NCBI RefSeq assembly: GCF_964204645.1
Contig: NC_134033.1
Location: 2,500,131-2,564,130, forward strand
DNA: 64,000 nt
Source of the DNA: Tubulanus polymorphus
Taxonomy: Eukaryota > Animalia > Nemertea
Direction: 5' to 3'
Of the stretch, positions 63,801 through 64,000 are shown in pieces (within the stretch, counting starts at the first letter, position 1; the number at the start of each line of letters is the position of its first letter). The translations under genes and the position numbers were made by a program. The notes below the pieces were generated by a model. It saw nothing but the letters and a program-made list of their open reading frames with translations. It made no database searches and was not told the origin of the DNA.

Positions 63801-64000
63801 GTTGTATACACGAACATAACTATAGTTCGGCGTATTTATGTCACAATTAGTCAACCCATACAGGCGTGAAAAAAGACAGTTACTTTATGGCATGTTTATG
63901 TATATATCGGTATCTTATCGATGTCTTACGGGTCGCCGGTGTAAATTCTGCGCCGTTATGATTGTCGCTCCTTACGTTAGTGGCATTTCTTAGCGACGTC

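Overview
This is eukaryotic, intron-rich animal DNA, probably from an invertebrate; the taxon cannot be read from the sequence. I reconstructed three spliced genes by hand from GT-AG boundaries and intron-phase continuity. (1) Minus strand, 2385-33598: a giant type-I transmembrane mucin of 28 coding exons (24,843 nt, about 8,280 aa). Its architecture is signal peptide - [SEA - 4-Cys module - Ser/Thr/Gly repeat domain] x5 - SEA - 4-Cys module - EGF - TM - tail with PPxY and YxxPhi motifs. All six SEA domains keep a G/S-hydrophobic autoproteolysis-type motif. (2) Minus strand, 45947-48922: a small, apparently secreted paralogue (about 253 aa) built from one copy of the same module with the same intron phases. 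(3) Plus strand, 50715 to at least 62831/63800: an unassigned coiled-coil protein gene with at least 27 small exons, divergent from gene 2 across a CRE/YY1-rich region. The rest holds tRNA-derived SINEs, several MITE families (one with a TAA TSD nested in a SINE head, one IS3EU-like with a 6-bp TSD) and minisatellites. The very long plus-strand 'VLPVVPLVEDT' ORFs and the 'EQQAVL' ORFs are shadows of the mucin repeat. The best candidate for a novel system is the six-SEA 'segmented' mucin together with its small secreted sister gene.
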